A stretch of DNA of 64,000 bases from Lytechinus pictus (taxonomy: Eukaryota), in assembly GCF_037042905.1 (NCBI RefSeq), contig NC_087259.1:2294001-2358000 (forward strand), given 5' to 3'. Below the pieces are notes generated by a model. It worked only from the letters and a program-made list of their open reading frames with translations, had not been told where the DNA came from and ran no database searches. This document shows, piece by piece, positions 11,830 through 24,570 of this stretch. Each line of letters begins with the position of its first letter. Position 1 is the stretch's first letter. The translations under genes were made by a program, and so were the position numbers.

Positions 11830-12741
11830 TCTATTGTCATGGTTTTATTATGAATAGCCAATTGTGACAGGTATCACTAACACTACATCTTCAAGTTATC
11901 AGTTCATTTGACTCTCAAATCATTCATAACTCACTGGGAATAATTACTGAAATAGTTCTGTTCATCATAAAACATGAAGAAAGAGCCAGGTAAAGATAGG
12001 AAACATAATGTAAATGCTATTTGACATTTTTGGCATCCCATAATTTTAACAAAGAGATATACCATGGCATATGTTAAACCAGACTTAAGAATTCAGGCCA
12101 TTGACTGCAGATTTCTTTTTGCCTTTAGAATTCACCAAGATAAAATATTCTTAAAGAAAACTATTTGACATGATGACTACTGAATTATGTATATAGGCTT
12201 TGTGCAGAAATCGCCTAGTTTCAGTAGGCAATGGCTTGATGACTGAGCTATGAAAAATATAATAAATTATAAGCTGTCATTGATAAAGAGAAAATTCATT
12301 CATGCGATTTGAATTTTAGTATCTATTCGCGTTCAACTTTTACTACAGGCTTTAGACACACTCTGATGTCCAACTACTGTATTATCTACTAAAATGTGAC
12401 ACAAGACAAAACATGGCTAACAGTTCTTCCACAGTTTTGAACACAATTTATTGTTTAATAAGAAGATTGAGAAGATATATGAACTGAATTAGAAATATAA
12501 CTATTCAACATAATTTCCAAAATATTAATGATAAAAAACAAAATCAATACGAAAGTAGATTTTACCTCGAGCGAGAATGTTGTTATTCAAATGAATGATT
12601 GGATTTAAAAACTCTTTACTGATAGGCAACGGTTGAGAGGTACAAACCATGGTTTGTGTATAATAACTCCTCCCGCAACTCTTTGTCTAATCAAAATATT
12701 CTGGCATCTTTAGTTATTTCCTGGTGGTTCTGGCCACTAAT

Positions 12742-12963
12742 GGGCTGTTGCAAGAAACTTGCGATCAATTGCAAGTTTATTTTTGGTCCCTAAATCAATC
12801 ACATGTCTTGTAGTTAATTGCAAATTAGTAATTGATTGCTAATCTGCACCTTGAAACAAGAAGTTTCATCTGATTTGCTGCAGCTAACGTTGATCTATCA
12901 GTTGTTGTAACATTGCAACAGAATATTTGCAATTGATCGCAAATATATTCTTGCGACATCCCC
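12742..12963. mobile_element. MITE with GGG..GTTGCAAGAA TIRs
   Basis: GGGCTGTTGCAAGAA..TTGCGATCAATTGCAA / TTGCAATTGATCGCAA..TTCTTGCGACATCCC; relatives near 3340 and 7177. Confidence 0.65.
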
Positions 12964-13182
12964 TAAGAGGCTCAAGTTCGCTAACATCTCAAATATGGTC
13001 AATAAGACCATTTTCTTTTTCAATGGAATTACCATGGATTAGAATTGTTTTTTTTTTTAGTAGTTCAAGTTTTGGTTTACTTTTGATGATACATATTGTT
13101 TCTAAAGATATGAAATTTTTCTGAGGCTTTTCAGACATACATGTAGTAAAGTATGCAGATTGGACTAAAAGTATTGTATTTC

Positions 13183-13400
13183 ATGAATGTGTGAATGGAT
13201 AAATGAATAGATAGTTGGATGGATGAATGAATGAATGAATGAACGAACAAATGAATGAATGAATGAAACAATGAATGAACGAATACGTAATAGTTGAACA
13301 TATGAATGGTTGGATTTGTGGATAGATGAATAAAGGAATGAATGAATGACTTGATAGATGGATGAATAAATGTATAGTATGCATGAAAGAATGAATTAGG
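13183..13400. repeat. (ATGA/ATGG)n degenerate tetranucleotide repeat
   Basis: Directly visible. Confidence 0.85.
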
Positions 13401-14345
13401 GGAAAATGAATTGTTAATAGAACTACCTCAATAATCTCCAAGAAAAAAATATCTTTAAATATGAAAGTATATTGCCCATGGAAAGCTTTTGAACCTCTGT
13501 AGCCTGAGATACTGAATAGTTTTTTATAAATAATTTTCAATAGGGTAAATAGTACCATAGAGACGGAGTACAATCTCGATTGGGCAAGCCAAGAGCATTG
13601 TGAAATAATTCTAGTACATACCAAGATTTTATGAAACTTATCCAATGTATATTTATGTTTTAAACTGTAGCGTGATGTAAAACCTAAAGACATTCTTTGA
13701 TAAAAAATGATAATACATGTACTAAAATTAAAATACAGTTTATATTTCAAAGTCATTCCCATAACAACTATTAGCTACATACCACTGCTCTATACACCCA
13801 AATGAACTTGTACAGCCCTCAAAATAATTCCAGTTGTATTTACAATTAAGATATTATTAAAATGAATATGAAAGACTTCAAGAAACTCTGGACTATCTTA
13901 TAAAACAACTCAATATGGAAATAAACATTTACAAGTGATCTCTCATTTTTCAGAGACAATACTAATAGTATTATCTTGAATCATCTCAAGTTAAAACCCC
14001 TGTCAAGTTGGTTTTAGGGGTTTGTGTTGAAAATTAACTTCCCAGAGAAAATAGAATACATGAAATTATCTTCTAAAAATATATACAAATGTACGCAATA
14101 GGTGTACTTAAAACTGACCTTGTATTTTTTGTGCATTAGCAGCGTTCTTAAAAAATAAATGGAATTTTGTTTTATATGACATGCATTGTTAAAACATTCT
14201 GTGGCAAGATTGATATTTCAATTTATTTAATTTTTTTTAATTTAGTGAAAAATTATCATTTCTGCGAGTCAAGATGCCAATTTTATTCAACTGTTTATAC
14301 CATTATAGTACTAGTTTACAGTAGACTTATCTCCAAGAATCTTAA

Positions 14346-14688
14346 CCTTAACAAGACGGGGGGGGGGGGGGGGGGTCTGGTTCAGCCCCCCCTTGACATT
14401 TTTCGCAATAAATCCAACGTTCAAATTTTTTTGACCACCAAGAAAATAATTATGATATTGAAATTTTTGAAATAAATTTGATCAGATTCTTATAAAGAGT
14501 CTGTGAACCAATAATTAGCATTTTAGGGGCATTATTTAGTTAATTAGAGCCAAATTTTAATTTTATGCATAAATTAGCATAATTAATTAGCAAAGAGATT
14601 TTTAGCAGAATTTGATCTTATAGTTTTATAGATTATGCCATGGGTAACGCGCTTGCCAATTTTTGTCACGATCGCAGTCTATTTAGGG
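14346..14688. mobile_element. piggyBac-like MITE
   Basis: TTAA on both flanks; CCTTAACAAGAC / GTCTATTTAGGG termini. Confidence 0.6.
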
Positions 14689-15048
14689 TTAATAATACAT
14701 AGTTTACCAGTTCATCTGTGTAATAATTGTACCAAAGTATAATGCAAATAAAATTACACTCACATATAATGATAATCTTCCTGTTGTCAAATTAAAGATC
14801 TTGATAAATAATTGATACCCTTTTATTATCTAAAAGCTCAATTTTAATTCAAATAATTATAGGCCCTAATTAATTATTTATTGTTATGGTGATCATAATA
14901 TTAAATTCTATAATTAATGGTTTTAATTATTGCTGAATATTCTTGTGCATTTTGAAAACATTTTATGAACAAAAATTCCTGCTCATTGAAAGTTATTTTG
15001 ACTGTCTTATCATCCTTCCACTGAGTCGACGAGTTGGATTGGGATCTG

Positions 15049-15264
15049 CTAGGCTGGCGGTCGATTATGCTGTCGTACTGAACCATTGCTACGGCGGATG
15101 TTCTCAATGGCATCAGGGTCACGGCATTCACATCCCTCCCCACAGTTTTCAGGGAAGGTAATGACTTCACCTGTTGGGGCCGTAGAGGGGCAGCAAGCCC
15201 CTCCGTCCCAGAGGCAGTAGGCTCTGTTGTTCCTCCTCTCACATTCGTTATCACCAATGAAATA
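15049..15264 (-). CDS. PAPPA: Pappalysin exon 19 (last): LNR3 and C-terminus, TAG stop
   Basis: Hand translation YFIGDNECERRNNRAYCLWDGGACCPST..CECRDPDAIEN..PPA*; the 19 exons sum to 4800 nt. Confidence 0.93.
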   Translation of the reverse strand, partial: YFIGDNECERRNNRAYCLWDGGACCPSTAPTGEVITFPENCGEGCECRDPDAIENIRRSNGSVRQHNRPPA

Positions 15265-15929
15265 CTAGGGAGATTAAGAAAAGGCAACATAAGTTACCGA
15301 CATCAGCATCAAAGTATTGTAGACTCTCAGTTAAAGTTTACTGAAAGTTAGATTATCAATTTGCTGATGACACAAAGTCTACCTGTGCAAGGTACACTTG
15401 GGGTGTCATTAATTCTAGAAAATTTCATACACAAGCACATTATGACCTTTCAAATGAATGCATGTGATAACAGAATGTTAACCAGTAGCAAATGAAGATA
15501 ATTTTTGAAAAGGAGAGAGGGTGAGGTCAGGCACCAAAATTTTAAGACAACCGAATGAAAAAGAAAAGGGTCCACGGATCCACCACTTCAGATGGGTGAA
15601 TTAATTTCTTTTACTTCACGTTTATGTGGTCTTTAATTCAAGTAAATTAGTTTACAAGAGATGTACAAACGGGCATCAGTATTGACTACATTAATTATCC
15701 CACCGCTGCCACCATTAAGATAAAGACCTTTCCCAGTGATATCTATGCAGACCTATTGGGTGTATACAGTCCACAAGAGAGGAGGGTCACATCAAATCAA
15801 CCATCAAGGTATACTACTTGCATAATTGCACCTCTAGATCCATTATGAAATTAATAGAGAACACTGATACACAATGTGGATTTACTGATTTTGGAGGGGG
15901 AAAGCACAATAAACGTACAGTCATCTTAC

Positions 15930-16102
15930 CTCCAAACATTTCTCATGACAAACTGTCAGATCTAGGTTAGGGTACCAAACACCCCCAGCGGTACACAGGA
16001 TAACGTCATGTCTTCCCAGCAGGCCCCGTTCTCTATAGGTGGCGCCCTCCATGGCTATCTGGTAGGTTCGACCCAAACGACATTTTGCCTTGCACATTGC
16101 AC
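15930..16102 (-). CDS. PAPPA: Pappalysin exon 18: CCP5
   Basis: LCTAGGVWYP..CHEKC matches PAPP-A VCTAGLKWYP..CVKGC. Confidence 0.93.
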
Positions 16103-16769
16103 CTGTGTAAATTTGAGAAGACAATGGGATTAATTTAATGATGAGGAGAAGAGTCCGGTGCAGAAAGAGAAAGAAAGACTGGAAAAAACAGAGCATAAGC
16201 ATCACAGTTTATACATGGTTTGCATGTATTTACAATGTGATATTTTATATTTCATTTAACAAGTTCATATCTAATGAAGAGGTGCAAGAATAAACAGGGA
16301 TGTTTGTATGTTCGTAGTAAGTCCTGAACTTGATGACCAAATTAATTTCAAGGGTAGGGCGTTCGAGATTTTCCTTAAAAATTACTTCAAAAAACAGGAA
16401 AAATATATGCTGTATCCCCTTGCCAAAGGACTGCAGGGCCAGGCCTGAGTAGTACTGTGGTACGATTCGAACCCAGACCTTGTGATTCATGATAACATCA
16501 TGTATGTATTTTGCAAATATTTCATTTTTACATGTGATGGATTCCCATCTACTGGAGAGATGCAAAATAAAACAGGGATGTTCCGTTTGTGGTAAATCCT
16601 GAATTTTGACAGTTGAATAAATTAAGAAAACACAATTAGAGAACATCATGCTAGGCAGAGCTAGGCAGGAAAATCATGCATACAGTGTAGACGGTAATTA
16701 ATAACCAAATTTAGACTTCGAGAAATAAAGGTAAAGAAGAAATTTCTTGACAAGTGGATCAACAAGTAC

Positions 16770-16905
16770 CTGCCAGCTGGCCTTGAGGACAGTCTATGAT
16801 GACATCCGGTGGTGGAACTGGTTCGGGACAGGAGATTGAAGGATCACATGGTGTAAACTCTTGGTCCCACTCACCGTCTTTCGTGCAGGTAATTGTACTT
16901 GGAAC
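16770..16905 (-). CDS. PAPPA: Pappalysin exon 17: CCP4/CCP5
   Basis: ITCTKDGEW..F..C..C..P..CPQG. Confidence 0.92.
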
Positions 16906-17446
16906 CTGGTTTTTCAAGCATTTAAAAAATAATATAATCGATGCATTAAGCTCTTCCTTTGCTCTCTTCTGCTGCATTTTGCTAACCAATTAATGATGTT
17001 AGTATTTGAATATCTTTGTTAATAAATTACTTTTAGAAAGTGTCATAGTGAAAAACAGATACATTGATAATAACGTAAATGATCAATCAAGCAAACAGAA
17101 AAGATGGAATGGTGAAAATAATTTGTGAAATATTAGAGAGCCATTTCTATATTTCTAACAACAATTTTGTTCATTTCTTTAGTTATTGCATTTTTTTGGT
17201 CTTGGAAGAGCTGGTCCATAGTCTAAATTCCCTTTATACTGTTTTCAGAAACATTATCTCACTTTGTCAGTCTATGTTGCTGCGTTTGTTAATATAACAA
17301 TAATCATAATATGCGACATTTATATAGCACTTCATACAAAAGTTATGTAATCATATTGGTTTCACAACTATTATGAGTGTATTGCAACAGTCTAGATGAC
17401 ATTAGTTCGAGGTTTGCATAATAGTAGCTTTAATGGTTTTATTTAC

Positions 17447-17618
17447 CGCATTTTGACCCGGGCAGTAGAGTGTACATTGGCTCTTATAGTTGAAAGCATT
17501 GGAACAGTTATATAGACCATGGAAAAGCAGACTAGGAGCTGGACAAGTAACCTGTTCACAACCATACCCTATCCATGTAGCATTCTCGCTGCATTGGTAG
17601 CGAGCCACTCGAGATGGT
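17447..17618 (-). CDS. PAPPA: Pappalysin exon 16: CCP3/CCP4
   Basis: VTCPAP..FHGLYNCSNAFNYKSQC. Confidence 0.93.
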
Positions 17619-17871
17619 CTAAGGAGAAAATGGGAATTTTTTTTTTAAAGAACCAAACAGGAAGAGACTTTCAGATTTACTTTCTTATTATTTACAAGTG
17701 GAAATTACACTTCATAATTATGTACATCACTCCGGATGTCACTTGCGTTATAATCATAAGCAAGCATAGTTGAAAATTGTTAGCATATCATATATTGCAT
17801 AAAATTTATATATCTAGACATCTTAAAACTACTGAACTTGAAATAGTCTGTGTCAGGTAGCCAGAGGCTTC

Positions 17872-17999
17872 NNNNNNNNNNNNNNNNNNNNNNNNNNNNN
17901 NNNNNNNNNNNNNNNNNNNNNNNNNNNNNNNNNNNNNNNNNNNNNNNNNNNNNNNNNNNNNNNNNNNNNNNNNNNNNNNNNNNNNNNNNNNNNNNNNNN
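17872..17999. other. N-run next to (CAT)n
   Basis: 128 N. Confidence 0.95.
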
Positions 18000-18289
18000 A
18001 TCGTCATCATAATTATTGCCACCACCACCATCATCATCATTGCCATCAGCATCATCATCATCACCATCATCATCAACAAAAACACGACCATTACTCAATA
18101 ATAATAATCATTATGCCACATAATTATTTTAGTCTCAATGTTGTGTATCATTTCTAGGAGCAAACTATCATATATTAAAAAAAAAACAATATGCGTACAT
18201 GTGAAATATGGAGGACGAGTGGGTGTGGTGTATTGATTTAATTTACTTTACAAATACTATTTCCGTGGACCAACCTATGACATCATCAT

Positions 18290-18588
18290 CACTAGCGTAC
18301 CTGCCCCCCCTGACGAGTCACAACTCATGCAGGAGACGTTTCTCTGCCCCCTGATGAGTCACAACTGATACAGGGGACGTGCCCTCCCCTTTTGAGAAGC
18401 CAAACAAATTAATAATTTGTAATGTAAAAATGCAATAAAACAGACGTGTACCCCCTCTTTTGAACCTGAAGACCTTTTTTTTTTTTGCTTGCTTGTCAAT
18501 TTTTTTTGTGGTAAGAAATCCTTTATTTGTGGTTGAAATATCCTCCAAAAATTGTTCCCCCTTCTGGAAAATCTTAGGTACGCCAGTG
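18290..18588. mobile_element. hAT-like MITE
   Basis: TIRs CACTAGCGTACCT / AGGTACGCCAGTG; 8-bp TSD ATCATCAT. Confidence 0.8.
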
Positions 18589-18653
18589 ATCATCATCTGA
18601 CCGTGGACTTAAACAATATATTATCTGACATACTGTATGCCACTCGCACTTAC

Positions 18654-18855
18654 CTTCCCTTTTTGTAGGCGGACGTGAACCCAGCCTTGCACCTGAATTT
18701 ACAGGTACTGCCGACATTATGGCCATCACTTCGGCAGTCTTGACTCTGCAACATGGAATTGGGTGGGGTAGGAGGAGCATCACACAACACCTGACAAAAC
18801 GACTGGGCGAGCGAGAATAAACCATCTTCCTCGCATCTAAGGGTGTTATCCGTGC
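18654..18855 (-). CDS. PAPPA: Pappalysin exon 15: CCP2/CCP3
   Basis: LRCEEDGLFS..CDAPPTPPN..HNVGSTCKFRCKAGF. Confidence 0.93.
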
Positions 18856-18931
18856 CTGTCGCAAAAGATCGCAATATTATATGAGTGGCAGGGGAAAACT
18901 AACCCATGATTGATTTTAAAAAGAGTCAATT

Positions 18932-19420
18932 CCATCAGCACCATCATTATCATAAATACCAACTCCATTATCAACAACACCACCGTCACCGCCGCTATCA
19001 TCAACATCGCCTTATCATGATTATATCATACCTATTTTAATTGTCATTACCATCATAAAAGATATCTTTACCATCACTATTATTATTAGGTTACCATCAT
19101 TTCCATAATCACTATTATCCTAATCACCGCCACCGTCATGATGATCACCATCCCCAACACCATGACAATTACGATCATCATACCCATCACCACTACCATC
19201 ACCACCACCAACAACAACGCGATTGTCACCATCAACACCGCCAACACAACCACCACTAACACGACTGTGGCGATCATCACTATCACTACCAGCATCACCA
19301 CACCACCATCAACACGATTAGGCCTACAATCATCAACATAAACACCACTACCATGATTACAACCACCATCATCAACACCAGCACCATTCATCCTCACCAA
19401 CCAATTTCACACCATCACAA
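18932..19420. repeat. (CAT/CAC/CAA)n degenerate trinucleotide repeat in a pappalysin intron
   Basis: Directly visible; generates spurious ORFs. Confidence 0.85.
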
Positions 19421-19486
19421 GCACCCTTCTCATACTGTACGGTCAATCGAGAGTCTATGACTGAGGGATGATCATATCGGGATTAC

Positions 19487-19646
19487 CTTGTAATTTTGCT
19501 GGTGGTATGCATTTGAAGCTGCACTCGCTACCAAACCGAGTCCCGGTCGGACAGGAAGCTATCGCCAGACTCGAGTCGAGTGGAGGCATCCCACAGTCTA
19601 CAGCCTTACACATTATCGAAGGTCCCTCCCAACTTCCGGCAATATT
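19487..19646 (-). CDS. PAPPA: Pappalysin exon 14: end of CCP1, start of CCP2
   Basis: GSW..CKAVDC..SCPTGTRFGSECSFKCIPPAKLQG. Confidence 0.92.
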
Positions 19647-21141
19647 CTGTAACTTTATTTTGCCAAAGAACAAGACAAAATGTGAAAACTTAGTACCTTG
19701 CTTATAGTATGATTAAAATACGAGACATATCAGAAGTAAAATATTAGTCATTATATCATGGAGAAGGGGCAGAAACGAGTAGAATACTGAAAAGAGGGAT
19801 CTATGCCATGCCGGATGCCATGTAATTCTGTAATGCCCCAAGTGAAAAGGGACGTCATCTTTAAGTTGTCTTGTAACTCCTGCTTACAATACCATCCTCT
19901 TTCGCCCTGTCTTTTATACCACATCTATCTCCATGAATTTCATCGGAAAGGACATAAAAGCTATCGGTCTCTTTTTCATAATAACTTAATGGTTTTTAAC
20001 GTACTAAGATGACACTTTCGCAATTACTACGCCAACGCTTTCTATAACGCAGGGAATCTTTTGTCAAAAGCTTTGCAATGTCAAAACAGCCTTTGTAGAA
20101 AATCGGTGAATCAAACCGCAGTGTCGTCCTGGACTCTAGACAAACGACATATTTACTATTTTTCGTCCTGTCCGAATCTTCGGACGATCTGCTCTACCGG
20201 TCTACCAATATCTCAGCTGTCCATTAATTGTGATTTGACTTGCATTTTCAAAGGAATTGGTGCGTTGTAAAAGGAAGCGACTGCGTAGTGATTTCAAAAG
20301 TACGCTACTCAAGAAGATATTAAACGGCAAATATAATGAGTTTAAAACAGGAGGAGTATCGATATAATCACTCATTTTCATACAAACGCTTTAAAAATAT
20401 CTCCCATATAATAATGAATGATTTCCTGGTTAAATGTAGTGAAAAAATATCAGTTTCGACGGCTACTATTCAAGGCCTATTAGTCGCATAGGGCGGTGCA
20501 AGAAACTTATTTTTTGCAACACCCAATTAGAATGTGAATATGGAGTTCTGCTTGTTATTATTCATTCTTTTCTATAACATAAATGTTCATGATAATATTT
20601 TAACTTATAATGTACCCCTTGTAGCAAAATTTGATAACTTTTGCAGTATGTATATTCCTTCAGCATGCGGTGTTCCTTTTTCTGAAATATCATCACTTTC
20701 GCGCGTGTATTGCAGATGGATTACAGAACAATGAGATATACAATCATGAAGATAACCACTTTTTTGCGATCGTTTTCCGGTGACTCGGGCCCCTTTTGTT
20801 CTAGGCAACTGCCTTCATTTAATATGTCATTCTAATTTTTTGTTTGTATAAATAAGTTAACTGAAATTGTGAGCGCTTTGTTTTGGGCCATGTGGGAAAA
20901 GCGCGTTATAAATGTTGAGTATTATTATTATTATTTCGGAATGTTACTTAAACTTTAAAGAAACTTATGTTATCACGGACACTGAAGTTATGTAAGCATC
21001 AATAAAATTTTAATTAAAATTGCTATCAAAATATGATATATTCATCTAGGCTTAACCCCTGATTTTTTAAACAAAATATTCCCATTGAGTGATTTAATTT
21101 TCAAAAATATATCAGTATATATGTTAGCAATATAATCTTAC

Positions 21142-21639
21142 CATAATTGGTTTAGTCGGTCTATATCCCGGCATGCACTGCACCTCACACGTGTCTCCAT
21201 CCTCAAGACCAGTACAAGTCACATTTGCATTTCGAATACTCGGTTTCTCCGCAACCGGTCTGATGCACTCGTAGTTCATGCACTGCCCCAATTTCGGATT
21301 GAAAACTTGGTTTCCACCACACATTGACAATGCGACAGGTTTTAAATAATCATACGACCGAAGCCTAATACCCGAAATGGCAATTTGCGGTGTGGATAGT
21401 CTTATTTTGATAAATTGAGTATATACAAACGGCATGCTCAGGTCATGTTTTATATCAAAGGAAATCTGGTTCGGATCACATGAAACCGGGATGAAGTCGG
21501 TTTGATGAATGCGAGATAGTCCTGTCGGATCGAGAAGTTCTATAGATATCCGAGGATGAGACTCGTCAAAATCGAAAAAGCTGATACCTGCTATGTGGAC
21601 TACAACGGATGTTGCAATAACCGGCTTCTGAAATCCGAG
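21142..21639 (-). CDS. PAPPA: Pappalysin exon 13: last M-domain and first half of CCP1
   Basis: HDLSMPF, AISGIRLRS, C.V.C..GY; AG/GTAAG. Confidence 0.95.
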
Positions 21640-22130
21640 CTAGATGTTTGGAGACAAAATGTTGTTTAAGGCAGTTGCGATGTAAAGAGAACTTTCTCGA
21701 TGGTGTAGGCCCAAATTATTAATTTCAAACAATTTCTGGAATCTGTTTATAACCAAAAAAGATCCCTAGAGTTTCTTTAAAAAATATTTTAAAAATGTAT
21801 GTTTGCTACAATATTCTTCACAAAGCGCTCCACTTTTTGGGCACTACAGTTTTTGCGTCATTACAAAAGAAAGAAGTTTGTTACAATATATTATTGTACG
21901 AGGCATTAGCTGTATAAGATTAAAATAGTGTAGCCGAGATCTCAAGTACTACCGTAATAATCTTTATAACAATGATAATAATGATATGATAATAACCTAA
22001 GCAATTTTAAGTGTACTATCTCTCACATAAAAGACGGATAACTATAGAAGATAAATCAAAGATTCAGTCGCCTTCTTCGATTGTGTTCCAATTATTCCTT
22101 CGTAATAAGGTAATGATCTGCATTCATTAC

Positions 22131-22214
22131 CTTTAGCCAATAATCTGTTGAATTTTCGCGCCCTTCCCCACAGGGATACCAAGCATCGTCTGCTGTTATC
22201 TCTTGGATGCATTC
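22131..22214 (-). CDS. PAPPA: Pappalysin exon 12 (ECIQEITADDAWYPCGEGRENSTDYWLK)
   Basis: AWYPC..WL motif; phase 0/0; CAG/GTAAT. Confidence 0.9.
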
Positions 22215-22406
22215 CTGAAAAAAGAAGATTTTGCCATTTTATCAAATAAATCATCAAGATTACATGATAAAATTTACTGCTGCTACTCCTAATGAGGATT
22301 AGTATAGTTGTTACTCGTATAGAGGAAGTAGTATAATAACAATAAGAATAGAAGTCTGAGGAGGAGTAGCATCAGTAGTATAATAGTAGCAGCAACAGTA
22401 CTAGCA

Positions 22407-22642
22407 NNNNNNNNNNNNNNNNNNNNNNNNNNNNNNNNNNNNNNNNNNNNNNNNNNNNNNNNNNNNNNNNNNNNNNNNNNNNNNNNNNNNNNNNNNNNNN
22501 NNNNNNNNNNNNNNNNNNNNNNNNNNNNNNNNNNNNNNNNNNNNNNNNNNNNNNNNNNNNNNNNNNNNNNNNNNNNNNNNNNNNNNNNNNNNNNNNNNNN
22601 NNNNNNNNNNNNNNNNNNNNNNNNNNNNNNNNNNNNNNNNNN
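22407..22642. other. N-run flanked by (AGT/AGC)n
   Basis: 236 N. Confidence 0.95.
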
Positions 22643-23052
22643 AATAGCAGCAGCCATACCTAGGAAATGTTAGTTTATTTTCAAATGTATTCATATCTAC
22701 TGCTGATTTTCATCACAAAGGAAACGGACCCTGTTTCATAAATCTTCTTATCAATAAAAAAAAATCGATAACTGTTAAGTTTCTGAAATTGTGTCTCTTG
22801 ATTGGATGATATTAAATTAGAAAAAGCAATCTCGCGCTTCTAATCAATAATAAGTTTTGCGAAACCTGGTCCTATGTGACGAGTCAACTGTTAAGATGCT
22901 ATCTGATTTAAATAAAGCAATGCACCAAGGCCTAAACTCGCAAAGGACCATGGATTGTACCCTCTGTGGTAATTGAGTGTAACTTTTTGTACACGATTTA
23001 CCAATTATTGATTGTTTCTTTTATGATAGAGGGCCGTATTGTTTCAACTAAC

Positions 23053-23252
23053 CCTGCCTTGTCTTGGTTTCCCGATAACTGGTGTAACAGGGCAATCAGG
23101 AGCCTGGTAGATCGGGTTCGCGCTGGCACTAGAAGCCCACTGATCAGTGTATCCAGGTGGCGTATAGAAACCACAATCCAGTTCACTGTTCGTCCGCTCA
23201 AACTCTTCACACACACCGTCACCGATAAAACGACGACAACGGCTAGGTTCGC
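23053..23252 (-). CDS. PAPPA: Pappalysin exon 11 (EPSRC..GDGVCEEFE..DCGFYTPPGYTDQWAS)
   Basis: ORF 23044..23289; close match to PAPP-A. Confidence 0.95.
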
Positions 23253-23904
23253 CTTGAAAATAAAAGAGGATTCTCATGAGATTCAACATTAACGTCTTTG
23301 CTCAATTTCATTAAAAAAAACAATCTCAAAATGAGAAGAAGTGTAGGCCCGTAGAGCATTTTCGTATTTAGAAAAAAAAACTACCTAACTCCATTCAATA
23401 TTTCATCAGTAGAGGGTATCCCACCGCTGCCACCGTTATTAGACAAATGAAAATAAAACGGGCATGAAATATCACAAGACCGAAAAATATTGCTTCCAAA
23501 GTCAGTGTATCAGGTTAATGGCAAGTGTATTCAAGCAGTGGACTGGAGAAACGTTATTTTATCATCCATTCAATCAGGGTTGACAATCTTTGCACCATTC
23601 CTATATCTTAGTTTCGTTTTACTTTATTTTATTTTGCTTTCTTGTTTATTCTAACGATTGTGTTTGACTGTGTAGGATGAACATTTTGAGCATGTAATTT
23701 ATTCAGTGACATTTTGCAGTTATCTCAATATGCGGTTCTGATATAACTATGATCACGCAGCAATTGTACGGGATCCAGCAATTTCATATTCTAATGATTT
23801 GAGCTAAGCATAACGTCGATTACGTTTCAATATCAAATTAGAATAAAGGTCGATAGATGTTGATGGAATTAGTTTATTTAAATATTCATATTACCCGTTT
23901 TTAC

Positions 23905-24002
23905 CTTCACAGACGAAATGTCTTTCCAGGTGACAGAGTTTGTCACAACCATCACCATCAATATGATTACCATCATCACACTCTTCGCTCATGTCCGCAA
24001 AT
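23905..24002 (-). CDS. PAPPA: Pappalysin exon 10 (EECDDGNHIDGDGCDKLCHLE..FVC)
   Basis: E.CDD.N...GDGC...C..E cysteine-rich motif; AG/GT. Confidence 0.92.
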
Positions 24003-24570
24003 CTGGAAAGGAATACTATACATGTAGCAATCATTGTCTCAATATTTTTTAATTAACTTTATCACATTTCCATACCCCTCCCCCTTATGCTTCAAGATAT
24101 TGACCACTCTTTTCTTCAAGAAACACACATAGCCTTATGCCGCGCTAGAAAAGGTTCATCTTAGTACCTTAATCAATGCACACTGGAAGCACATTTTACA
24201 GGTTCAAAGTTGCACCTTCAAAGGTGCTTCCACCCCCCCCCCCCCAAAAAAAAAAAAGAAGAAGCAAAGTCGCACCTTATGAAGATGATCCCAATGTGGT
24301 ATTGATTTGCTCCATGTAAAGGGTGTAAGTTCGACCTCTTTTCAAAGTGTATACCTTCCCCCATTTGACATACAGAGGTGTCAAGGACAGAGAAGGTCCC
24401 ATCATTACAGTTTTTATATGACCCCGCTAGGGACCGACGACATCACGTCCCGTTCTTGAGGCAAGTTCGATTCAGAACTACCCGCGGAACTCATGGCTGG
24501 TAGAGATTAAATCCCGCAATGTTAGTTTTAGGATATTTTATATAAATAAGTATTGACTTTCTTTCTTCAC

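Noticed and set aside
14901-15290. 129-aa ORF on the minus strand
   Set aside because: Wrong frame of pappalysin exon 19; the LNR3 frame is the real one
19086-19400. Hydrophobic and Thr-rich ORFs (also 13181..13762, 17780..18101, 36632..36820)
   Set aside because: Translations of simple repeats or low-complexity sequence
20605-20808. Possible extra pappalysin exon supplying the missing CCP1 Cys
   Set aside because: No homology and no good splice sites; exons 13 and 14 join in phase, and the partner Cys is also lost
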